Both the position numbers and the translations under genes were made by a program. A stretch of DNA of 41,709 nucleotides from a virus. Taxonomy: Duplodnaviria; Caudoviricetes. Shown here piece after piece: positions 1-8,236 of this stretch; position 1 is the first letter of the stretch, and every line of letters begins with the position of its first letter. The DNA is taken from positions 1 to 41,709 of the IMG/VR virus record IMGVR_UViG_3300037851_000280; one strand, 5' to 3'. The notes below the pieces were generated by a model. The model made no database searches, was not told where the DNA came from, and saw only the letters and a list, made by a program, of their open reading frames with translations.

Positions 1-222
1 GCCGCGCCGGTTGCGTTCGATGTGGCCGCCGATGTACCGCTCAGGGCGTAAGCCACCGCCAGCGCGCCGGTCGCGTTTGATGCGGCGGCCGATGTGCCGC
101 TTAACCCCACCGCCAGTACCGCCGCGCCGGTTGCGTTCGATGTGGCCGCCGATGTACCGCTCAGGGCGTAAGCCACCGCCAGCGCGCCGGTCGCGTTTGA
201 TGCGGCGGCCGATGTGCCGGAT
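1..222. repeat. 120-bp tandem repeat (two 60-bp subunits) within the fibre gene; also the terminal overlap
   Basis: 1-99 is identical to 121-219, and the same unit recurs at 41583-41709. Confidence 0.9.
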
Positions 223-1436
223 AGGGCCTGCCCCCCCGCCAGCGTAACCGCCGATGCCGCCGCCGTGACCGTGACGTAAAATGTCAGGTTCGCCGCGCCC
301 GTGACGTAAGACACAACGTCTAGCGCCGCGCTTGCGCCACTTGTTGCCGCCGATGTACCCGATAGTGACAGGCTCAGCGCCGCCGCCGCTGTTGCGTTAC
401 TGGTCGCTGTGGATGAACCGCTTACAGCGTAGTTAACGCTAGCCGCGCCGATTGCCTCAGCGGTTGCCGCCGACGCCCCGGATAGGTTTAGCGCCACGGC
501 CAGCGCGCCACTTGCGCCGCTGGTCGCTGTGGATGAGCCGCTTACGGCGTAGTTGACGCTAGCCGCCGCGGCCGCGGCCGATGCGGCTGTAGCTGCCCCC
601 GACAGGGCCGCGGCAAGGCTCACCCCGCCGGATGCCCCCGATGTAGCCGCCGATTGGCCCGACAATTCGTGTGCCGTACCGCTGCCGGTAACGGTAAGCG
701 CCGCCGATGCGTCTGCCGTGGCCGAGGCCGTGCCACTTACGGCATAATCAACGCCTATCGCGGCAGCCGCCGTGGCCGTGGCCGAGGCCGTGCCGGATAG
801 CGCCTGCGCCGCGTCATGGATGACCAGCATAAACCCGCCGCGATAGGTGGCGGTGCCGCTGATGTAGTTGGTGGCGGTTGACGGCGCGGAAGAGCCGCCG
901 GCCCAGGTGTCGCTTGTATCCGCGAAAAGCTGCCAGAAGTCGGGCGTGGTGTTGCCGCTGTCGCTGCGCTCGCCGTAAGCCGTCAGGCTGCTGATGTCGT
1001 ATGTGCGGGAGGACGTGGAATAGCAACCGGCGATTAAGACGATTGTCTTTTCGCCCGTGTTGACCGAGCCAAAATCAATCGTCTGCGCCGAGGCGGTCCC
1101 GAACGTGCCCTTTGTGGACGTTGCAACCGGCGCGGACCCACTGACGCCCGTGTAGATGACCGCCCGCGCTAGCGTCTTGCCGCTAGTGTAACCCGACCAT
1201 GTAACCGTGCCGATGTCGCCGGCCTCCAGTACTTTGTAGTACAGGAAGTGGGCATAGGTGCTACTGTGCGTCTGGGCAAGCGTCCACCCGCTCGGCGTAG
1301 TCGTCGGCGTCGTTGTGTTACTGCGACTAATCAGGACGATAGCAAAGTCCCCGGCCGAACGCCCGGTGAAGTTCACCGCCGCGCTGGTCGAGCCACTGCT
1401 AGACGTGCCGAGGATAGTAGTCGCGTAGGTCGCCAT
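1..1436 (-). CDS. Ala/Ser/Thr/Gly-rich 20-aa-repeat virion protein (fibre-like), N-terminal part; continues across the junction into 41085-41709
   Basis: Manually translated and absent from the ORF track. ATG at 1436 directly follows the TAA of the upstream gene: MATYATTILGTSSSGSTSAAVNF...PSGWTL...LYYKV..., then LSGTSAATSNATGALAVAYA-type repeats. No stop before position 1. Confidence 0.85.
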   Translation of the reverse strand, partial: MATYATTILGTSSSGSTSAAVNFTGRSAGDFAIVLISRSNTTTPTTTPSGWTLAQTHSSTYAHFLYYKVLEAGDIGTVTWSGYTSGKTLARAVIYTGVSGSAPVATSTKGTFGTASAQTIDFGSVNTGEKTIVLIAGCYSTSSRTYDISSLTAYGERSDSGNTTPDFWQLFADTSDTWAGGSSAPSTATNYISGTATYRGGFMLVIHDAAQALSGTASATATAAAAIGVDYAVSGTASATADASAALTVTGSGTAHELSGQSAATSGASGGVSLAAALSGAATAASAAAAAASVNYAVSGSSTATSGASGALAVALNLSGASAATAEAIGAASVNYAVSGSSTATSNATAAAALSLSLSGTSAATSGASAALDVVSYVTGAANLTFYVTVTAAASAVTLAGGQALSGTSAAASNATGALAVAYALSGTSAATSNATGAAVLAVGLSGTSAAASNATGALAVAYALSGTSAATSNATGA

Positions 1437-2516
1437 TTAGGCCGCCGTGATACTCAGGTCTCCCGCCGCAATCCTAAAGGTCTTGCCGCTGGTACACGTC
1501 ACGGGCGTAGTTAGCGTCCCGTAGAAGATCATGTTACCGCCGCTCGACGCGTCGAGAATCGCCAGATGAGTGACCTCGGCCCAGTCAGCCGACGCCGCCG
1601 GAAAGTCGATGTTACTGGTATTCGTGCGCGTATCCGTACCGTTGCCGTCCCATGCGGATATTGAGGTGCGGGCGTAGTTATTGCCGGTCAGCTCCGTGCC
1701 CCCGCCCGTTTCACCAGGCGCGGTACTGTAGAGCGCGATGTACAGTGTGCCGGTCAGGAGCGCGTCTAGCGCCGCGTCTTCCCCGTAGTTAGTTAGTTGA
1801 CCGGGACCAAGCACGGCCTCGGCTTGCGTTACGCTTATCCACTTGCGCCGCCGTCCCCACGCGCTCCAATCGGGATTGCGCTCGACGTGTGCCATTTGGC
1901 GCGAGACGGCAAACATCTCGGCGGGGGATAGCGTGCGGTTGTAAATGGCGACGGCTTGGATAGAACCAAGATAAAACGCCAAAATCGTCCCGTTCGAGTT
2001 GACCGCGCCAATGGCTAGCGCGGTCCCGGATATGGCTAACCCGGATATAGTTCCATCCGTCAATCCGTTTAGATAGGCTGCGCTGCCCGAAAAGCCCATT
2101 ACGCCGGACGCTACGGAAGCCCCAGCGGTTAATCCGGCCGTGCCGTTGCGATACAAACGCTGTGCCGATAGATTGGTCTGCCGAATGACATGCGCGTTAA
2201 TCGCGCCGGTGTCAGCTGATCCAACTAGAATGTAGTCAGCCGCACTTGTTGTCCCGCCGCTGAACCGAACGATTATCGTCTCAGCTGTACTGAGTGGGGC
2301 GTATCCCGTCGCCAGGTATTGCGTGCTACCGTTGAACGTCCACCCCGCCGCCCCATGCCACGTCGGCGCAACGCCGTCCGTTGCTTTGTAGCGGTTATCC
2401 CCGCCGTGGGCTTGGTTGTACCGTGCCTGTACCGGGTCGGGCGCACCTATCGGCTGGTAGGCCGCGACGATGCCGGGCAGGTTGAACCATGCGTGGCTGT
2501 TGCTTACATAGGACAT
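1437..2516 (-). CDS. Virion protein: LamG/ConA-like lectin domain plus C-terminal phage minor tail/fibre domain
   Basis: FNGSTQYL...GSIQAVAIYNRTLSPAE is LamG-like. C-terminal YIALYSTAP...YAR...FPAASADW..VTH..I.DA.SGGN is shared with 40683-41072. Confidence 0.7.
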   Translation of the reverse strand: MSYVSNSHAWFNLPGIVAAYQPIGAPDPVQARYNQAHGGDNRYKATDGVAPTWHGAAGWTFNGSTQYLATGYAPLSTAETIIVRFSGGTTSAADYILVGSADTGAINAHVIRQTNLSAQRLYRNGTAGLTAGASVASGVMGFSGSAAYLNGLTDGTISGLAISGTALAIGAVNSNGTILAFYLGSIQAVAIYNRTLSPAEMFAVSRQMAHVERNPDWSAWGRRRKWISVTQAEAVLGPGQLTNYGEDAALDALLTGTLYIALYSTAPGETGGGTELTGNNYARTSISAWDGNGTDTRTNTSNIDFPAASADWAEVTHLAILDASSGGNMIFYGTLTTPVTCTSGKTFRIAAGDLSITAA

Positions 2517-2519
2517 GGC

Positions 2520-3053
2520 TTAGTCCGTGATCACCAGCTTGCGCGGGATGATGATGACCCGGCTCGCGTTATCCGTCGCCGTCGTTTCGTCGCGAATGGC
2601 TTGACCTAGCTTGTTGTTAACCACCGGCACGACATACCGCCCACTCGGTCGCCAGATGATCGGCGCTTGCACCTGCACGGTGTTGCCGTCAGCCGTCGCA
2701 ATCAGCGACACGGCGGGCGCTCCGAGTTGCAGCGCCCACTCATCTTCGTTGCTATCGGTGGGCCATGTACCGTCGCTGCCCGTGACGCCGCCTGGATAGT
2801 AGGACGTGCTATGTGTGCAGGGCAGATACAGGTCAACCCGTGTCCCGGCCGTCGGCGCTGTGCCTGTCTCGACGACAAGCATCACGCTGTATTCTTCGTC
2901 CCATGACGTGCCCAGGTCGGCAACCGCGCCCATTCGCGCCGTGCCGTCTGCGAGTGCGTCAAGTGACAACGTGTGGGTGACGCCGGACGCACCGGCCTCG
3001 CCCCAAATGATCGCCGTCCCCGGCTGTATAACTACGTAATCTGGCAGCGCCAT
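2520..3053 (-). CDS. Putative virion structural protein
   Basis: 177-aa beta-rich ORF with AGGAG RBS, located in the tail accessory region. Confidence 0.6.
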   Translation of the reverse strand: MALPDYVVIQPGTAIIWGEAGASGVTHTLSLDALADGTARMGAVADLGTSWDEEYSVMLVVETGTAPTAGTRVDLYLPCTHSTSYYPGGVTGSDGTWPTDSNEDEWALQLGAPAVSLIATADGNTVQVQAPIIWRPSGRYVVPVVNNKLGQAIRDETTATDNASRVIIIPRKLVITD

Positions 3054-3063
3054 GATTTACTCC

Positions 3064-3534
3064 TTAAGCGTTCTTTGCGGCTTCAACGTCCTGATAGGTT
3101 AGCCGCCCCTCAAACGTCATCGTCGCGGGCGAAGCCGTGCTGCCCGTGCCGGTTGAAAACAGCTTTTCGGCGCGGGTCGCCGTGCGCTTTTGTGCCGTGG
3201 CAATTGCCGCTTTGAGCGTATTCTGAGTGCCACACCAATCTTCCAGCGTAGTCCTCGTTGCCGGTATCGACGGGTTGATGTTTCGCTCGAAAGCCCAAGT
3301 CAACCAAAGGATTTTGGTTTGCGCCAATCCGTCCGCTTGAAGGCCCGCGCCCGCCGTTTCCAGAATCGCCTTTGTCCATTCGTCGGGCGTGACCGATGTT
3401 TTCCACACCGTCCACGTCGGTGACGCGGGCAGGTTGTAAGCCGCCGCGATCTCCGCGTCAAACATATTGGCGAATGCCGGGTCGGCCGCGATGTCGGCTT
3501 TCAGCGTCAATAGTTGTTCGTTCGTAAGTGCCAT
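3064..3534 (-). CDS. Phage hypothetical protein
   Basis: 156-aa ORF with GGGAG RBS, collinear in the late operon. Confidence 0.65.
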   Translation of the reverse strand: MALTNEQLLTLKADIAADPAFANMFDAEIAAAYNLPASPTWTVWKTSVTPDEWTKAILETAGAGLQADGLAQTKILWLTWAFERNINPSIPATRTTLEDWCGTQNTLKAAIATAQKRTATRAEKLFSTGTGSTASPATMTFEGRLTYQDVEAAKNA

Positions 3535-3569
3535 CTTGATTTCTCCCTATATCTATTTTACTACCGAGG

Positions 3570-4160
3570 TCAATCCCACTTGGCTTTAGGCCGGGCCGCC
3601 TTTGCCGCCGCGACCAACTCCGCTAACACGCCTTGGCGCTCGGCAAGCTCTGCCAGCCCGCGGGCGTGCGCCCGTTTGGTATCGCCCGGCACGTTTGCCA
3701 GGTCGAGGCCGATGTCCATCGCAAGGCTCGCCAGCTCGTCATCGCTAAAGTGCCGTTCGAGCAGCCCGACGGTCACGGCCAGCGGCCGCAACGTCGCCGC
3801 CTGAGTAGGCAATACCGGGTCGGGCCGTGGCTCCCATTCTTCGCCCGCCTTCAGTTTGCGAACGCCGTTTTTCCAGTAGTCCACCTCCTGACGAAGATAG
3901 GCGACTTCGTTACGCAGCCGGGGTATTTCCGCCACCTCATTTCGTAGCCGGGTTATTTCGACATGGTCAATAATGTGCTGCTCCGAAAGCGCCCGTACTT
4001 CCCGCGACAATTCGGTAACGTTTGTGCGCATCGATGTGTAGCCCTCATCGTCACTACCGCTCCGGCGAAATACGACTAACAGTGACGCCACGCCGGGGAC
4101 GGCAAGCAGAATGGCGGCAATGAGTAAGACGATCCCGGCGTAAGCGGCTTCAGTGTTCAT
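3570..4160 (-). CDS. Membrane-anchored coiled-coil protein with C-terminal EAD7-like effector-associated domain
   Basis: N-terminal hydrophobic helix and heptad region (RLRNEVA x2). C-terminal LLERHFSDDELASLAMDIGLDLANVPGDTKRAHARGLAELAERQGVLAELVAAAKAARPKAKW fits the EAD7 pattern. ATGA overlap at 4157-4160. Confidence 0.7.
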   Translation of the reverse strand: MNTEAAYAGIVLLIAAILLAVPGVASLLVVFRRSGSDDEGYTSMRTNVTELSREVRALSEQHIIDHVEITRLRNEVAEIPRLRNEVAYLRQEVDYWKNGVRKLKAGEEWEPRPDPVLPTQAATLRPLAVTVGLLERHFSDDELASLAMDIGLDLANVPGDTKRAHARGLAELAERQGVLAELVAAAKAARPKAKWD

Positions 4161-4444
4161 CGTTTCGGCCATGCCCTCATAATGATGATGGCACTAAGTA
4201 GCGCCAGGATGAGTGACAATTCGCGCAGAATGGCGCTCCATAACATGCGACCTTCTCCGGATGTGTACTCGCGGAAGAAGATAACCGTCACGTAATAGGC
4301 AAACGTTACAAGCAGATAGCTGATAACCGGCGCGTGATAGAGCCGGTTTGCGGGCCGCGTCCGGTCCCACGCGACGGCCATAAAGCCAAGCGCAAGGCAG
4401 GTGGTTATCAGGACAATAGCCTGAGTAGTATCTGTCGCATTCAT
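4157..4444 (-). CDS. Small 3-TM membrane protein, holin-like
   Basis: 95 aa, three hydrophobic segments and a basic C-terminus; follows the tail genes. Confidence 0.55.
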   Translation of the reverse strand: MNATDTTQAIVLITTCLALGFMAVAWDRTRPANRLYHAPVISYLLVTFAYYVTVIFFREYTSGEGRMLWSAILRELSLILALLSAIIIMRAWPKR

Positions 4445-4462
4445 GTCGTTGTCCCTATGGCC

Positions 4463-7400
4463 CTATGGCGTAGTTGACGGGGCAAAATAAAGCAGAGTCC
4501 CGTTTGGCGTCACGCCGACAAGCTTTCCGTTCGTCCCCAATGAACTATCCCAATAAAAGGCCACTCGCCCCGACCGGGCCGCCTTTGCCGCCGCGACCGG
4601 GTCATAGTGAATGACAAGCGCCGCCATGTCTAGCGCGTGCGAGTGGGTTAGGAACGTCTCGCTAGTCGGGTCGGCGTCCATCGAGCTAGGCGAATCGATG
4701 GTGGTATCCAGCGGCTCATACGGGCCGGGTATCAGCACGTCCGGCGCGATGACATCAATGTACCCCGTCTTGGTCAGGCTTTCCGTCCCGTTGCCGTTCG
4801 TCGCCGTCAGAGTGACGCTATATGATCCGCCCTCAGTGTAAGCGTGTTCGGCCGTGACGCCCGTCCCGGCCGTGCCGTCGCCAAAGTCCCATTCGTAGGT
4901 GTCCACCGCATCGCCGTTGGGGTTGGTGGTGCTACCGTCAAAGGTGATTGTCTGGCCCGTGCGGGCAATCAACGGGTCGGCGGTGAAGGCCACAATCGGC
5001 CCGGTGATTGTTGGCGTCGTTGCCCCGCCCTCAAAGGCGATGACCATGCCGTAACGCGCCGTGGCACTAACGGTTGACCAGTTGATTGTAATCTTTGCCG
5101 TGCCCAGCGTGACTGTACCGGCAAGTAGGTTGGTATCGTCGCTCTTCTTTAGCTTAACGCTTGTCTCGCTGTAGCTTCCTGTATCGGACGTACCCGCGTT
5201 ATCCTTGCTGTACACCCCGGCGGCATACGTCCCGCCCGAATCGACCAGCGCGTAGGTCATGCCGGATGTTGTGTCATCGCTTGTCTGATAGGTCACGTCA
5301 TCGGTGTTAGACGATAGTAGGATAATCACAAATGCCGGATCGAAGTCTAGGGCAATATCCTGATTGCCCGTGCTGGTCGCCGTGGTGAATGACTTAACCT
5401 GCGTCCCGACGTTTGCCCCAAAATACATGAAAGCGCCGGTGTCGTTGATAGCCGCGTTCGCCACTTTCATTTGGTCGATGGTGCTATTGCGGATAACCTG
5501 CGCCGTGGTGGAACCGCCGCGATAGTCGCGTAGCAGCCGGTCGCCGTCTGCCGATATCCACGAGCGCCGGACGGTGGTCCCCACGCCGTCATCTTCCTGA
5601 AAGACAAACGCGCCGTATCCGGCCGTATCATTTTTGTCACCCGCGCCGAACGCATGAGCGTAGCCGGTGGCCGCGCTGCCCAGTGACCCGGTGAATTCGC
5701 TAAAGGCGATCATAGCCCCGGTCGTGAACGGGTTGCTAGGCGTCACGGCCGAATTGAGGCCGCCTAATGTCAGGTTGCTTACGTTGACCTCGGCGTCCGG
5801 CCCATACACCGCGACGGCCGTTATCAGGTAAGCCGATGGAAATGCGTCAAGGCAGTTGAGCGTCAAGGTATCGGCGCTGAATGATACGAACTCCGCCGCG
5901 CCGTCGCGTGTACCATCTTTGGTACACGAGAGCAGCGCCCGGTTGCTTGCTTGATGGCTGCCAACGTCGCTATCGCCGCTGTTATCGGCCGCCGCGAATG
6001 CGCCCGATGCCTGATTGCCGGACGCGTCTACCATGCCCCAGCCAAGCAACGCCCCGGCCGCCGTCGTGCCGGCCGTGGTCGCGCCGCTGATGAACATGAG
6101 CACGCCGACCGGCGTCGCCCCGCCGCATGAGAACGTTAGGTTAAAGTTGCCCGTTGATGTCGGCGCAGCCGTCTGGATAACGTCATAACCGACCGCCGCG
6201 TCGCCGCCTGTATCCTGCGCGATGATGGTGATCGTCTCGGTTGCCTCAGCCGACAGGCCGTTATCGTCCTCGACCGTCATGCGTATTTGATATTGACCCG
6301 CCGCTGAGAAAAGCCGGGTGGTATCTTCCGTCGCGGCGAACACGGTATAGCTGCCGCTTGGCAACGTCCGCACCGCCCACTCGTAAGCCGTGATTGTCCC
6401 GGTTGACGTGCTGGTATTGGTCAGCGTCGCCGTGCAGGGCGCAATGGCCGAAGTCGGGTCAAGGGTGTAGGTAAACCCGGCCGTGATTGTGTCAGTGTCT
6501 ACCCCGTCGTACTCATGACAACCGATGTCGTATTTGCCGCCGCTGGCGTCCGTCCGGGTGCTACCGCCGAACCATAGGCTTTCCCTTGTCACGGTTGGCG
6601 TGTAGCCATTTAGCGCCGTATGAGGCGCGCCCATGCCGATGGCGATGCTGTTACTCTTCAGCTTGTAGTTATTGACATCAAACGTCGTATCGGTCGGGTC
6701 GGGGATATCAGTAGTGTAGAAGACGCTGGCCGCGCCGCCGTCCTTAACGTTCGGTGTCCCCGTGCCCGTATTGATACGGGCAAACGGGTTGACCAAAATC
6801 GGGCTGCTTGGCGTGCCGTATACGTTATTGGCCCCCTCCGGGCGCATGGCCGCCGGTGTCACCGCCGCCGACTGGCTGAACAGGTTATTGCGCGGTGTGA
6901 TCCCGCTCAGGCCCACGCCGCTAACCTTGACGCAACCGCCCGGCGTGCTACTCGTGTTGAACACGGTAGCCGAGGCCAGAAAGATATTATTTTCGCAAAG
7001 GCTCCGCAAATGGGAATACCCCGACTTGGTTGACAACTCGGCCAGGAAGTAAGTCCCCCGCCAGCCATTATCTACAAATGTATTATAGCCGATATAACTA
7101 TCTACAATCTGCGATAGATAGGCCGTGCCGTTGCGCATGTCGAGTGTCTGGTTCGGCCCGATAATCAGGTTATTCGTCCAACTGCTATTGCGGATGGTGT
7201 CAATCCCGGCCGTGCTTTCCTCGTTAATCGGCATACCGGACGGGCCGTGATGCTGCTCCTGTTCGACCCGGCCCAGCGGCGTTAGCAGATTCTCGCAGAA
7301 GTAGCTGATGTTGCTATCCCACTCGCTTTTAATCGCGCCCGTCGTCGCCAGTTGGCTATGGTGGCAGGTGTGGACAATGTTCTGAGTGAATTCCAGGTCG

Positions 7401-8236
7401 GTCGAGTAAGACGCGCCGATGATGCCCTCGCCGCCGCAATAGGCGACGATGTTCCCTCTGCATACCGCGCCGGTGATTTTTCTGAAGCGCAACGACCCGC
7501 AAACGCTTTCCGGCCCGCCGTCCAGGTAGTCCGGGTTATCCCGCGAGAAATCACAATAGCGCATAGAGCCGCGGGTGATGATGTTATCGGTGATCGTCGC
7601 GTTGTAAATCCGATCGGCCGCATTGTCACCGACCATCAGCGGCTCATTAAATGTAAAGTCTACCCGGCAGCCGTCAACCGTGGCGTCACTACCCAGTACC
7701 AAGATGCCACGGCCTGCGCTGTTGCGAACGCATATCCCACGCAACGTTACGCCGCTGCCGGTGATGCGAATAATCGGCTGCGAGTAGTATTTATCCGCGC
7801 TTGAATTCTCTACTACCCACGCCTCCCCGCGTGCCACCGATATGGTGTAGTTTTTCGGTTGGCATGACGGTAGCGCATATCGTTCGGTTGCCGCGCCGTC
7901 GCTATCGCGTTGCTTGGTCGCGGGGAGGAACGCTCCGTAGCTGTCTTTGTAGTTCGTGTTGCCAAACAGGTGCGGCCCGTAGTTGGCGTCTATCTCCGGC
8001 TTGTGGCCGGTGTACGCCTCAAACGTGACGTTACTTTTTGTTATCTTAAGCGTTTCGCGATACTTTTCATTGGTCGGGGATTCGCCCCAGTCGCCGCCGT
8101 TATTGCCCATGACCTTGACGACATCGCCGCTGGTTATCTGGCTATGCGCGTAGGTCAGCGTCTTCCAAGCCGTGCCGGTTGATGTGCCCGCCGCCGCGTT
8201 GCTACCGTTCTTATAATCTACGTAGTACGTTGTCAT
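4463..8236 (-). CDS. Large receptor-binding/depolymerase-like protein: parallel beta-helix plus two PKD domains
   Basis: YYVDYKNGSNAAAGTSTGTAWKTL cap, beta-helix repeats and DIGCHEY end motif. PKD motifs YEWAV...GQYQIRMTVEDDNG and YEWDFGDG...HAYTEGGSYSVTLTATN. Confidence 0.8.
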   Translation of the reverse strand: MTTYYVDYKNGSNAAAGTSTGTAWKTLTYAHSQITSGDVVKVMGNNGGDWGESPTNEKYRETLKITKSNVTFEAYTGHKPEIDANYGPHLFGNTNYKDSYGAFLPATKQRDSDGAATERYALPSCQPKNYTISVARGEAWVVENSSADKYYSQPIIRITGSGVTLRGICVRNSAGRGILVLGSDATVDGCRVDFTFNEPLMVGDNAADRIYNATITDNIITRGSMRYCDFSRDNPDYLDGGPESVCGSLRFRKITGAVCRGNIVAYCGGEGIIGASYSTDLEFTQNIVHTCHHSQLATTGAIKSEWDSNISYFCENLLTPLGRVEQEQHHGPSGMPINEESTAGIDTIRNSSWTNNLIIGPNQTLDMRNGTAYLSQIVDSYIGYNTFVDNGWRGTYFLAELSTKSGYSHLRSLCENNIFLASATVFNTSSTPGGCVKVSGVGLSGITPRNNLFSQSAAVTPAAMRPEGANNVYGTPSSPILVNPFARINTGTGTPNVKDGGAASVFYTTDIPDPTDTTFDVNNYKLKSNSIAIGMGAPHTALNGYTPTVTRESLWFGGSTRTDASGGKYDIGCHEYDGVDTDTITAGFTYTLDPTSAIAPCTATLTNTSTSTGTITAYEWAVRTLPSGSYTVFAATEDTTRLFSAAGQYQIRMTVEDDNGLSAEATETITIIAQDTGGDAAVGYDVIQTAAPTSTGNFNLTFSCGGATPVGVLMFISGATTAGTTAAGALLGWGMVDASGNQASGAFAAADNSGDSDVGSHQASNRALLSCTKDGTRDGAAEFVSFSADTLTLNCLDAFPSAYLITAVAVYGPDAEVNVSNLTLGGLNSAVTPSNPFTTGAMIAFSEFTGSLGSAATGYAHAFGAGDKNDTAGYGAFVFQEDDGVGTTVRRSWISADGDRLLRDYRGGSTTAQVIRNSTIDQMKVANAAINDTGAFMYFGANVGTQVKSFTTATSTGNQDIALDFDPAFVIILLSSNTDDVTYQTSDDTTSGMTYALVDSGGTYAAGVYSKDNAGTSDTGSYSETSVKLKKSDDTNLLAGTVTLGTAKITINWSTVSATARYGMVIAFEGGATTPTITGPIVAFTADPLIARTGQTITFDGSTTNPNGDAVDTYEWDFGDGTAGTGVTAEHAYTEGGSYSVTLTATNGNGTESLTKTGYIDVIAPDVLIPGPYEPLDTTIDSPSSMDADPTSETFLTHSHALDMAALVIHYDPVAAAKAARSGRVAFYWDSSLGTNGKLVGVTPNGTLLYFAPSTTP

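Noticed and set aside
1-222. Repeats as a CRISPR array or true terminal repeat
   Set aside because: Units are contiguous multiples of 60 bp with no unique spacers and encode protein repeats. The overlap falls mid-gene, as expected for assembly circularity.
11-247. Plus-strand repetitive ORF (MRSMWPPMYRSGRKPPPARR...)
   Set aside because: Antisense shadow of the real minus-strand repeat gene.
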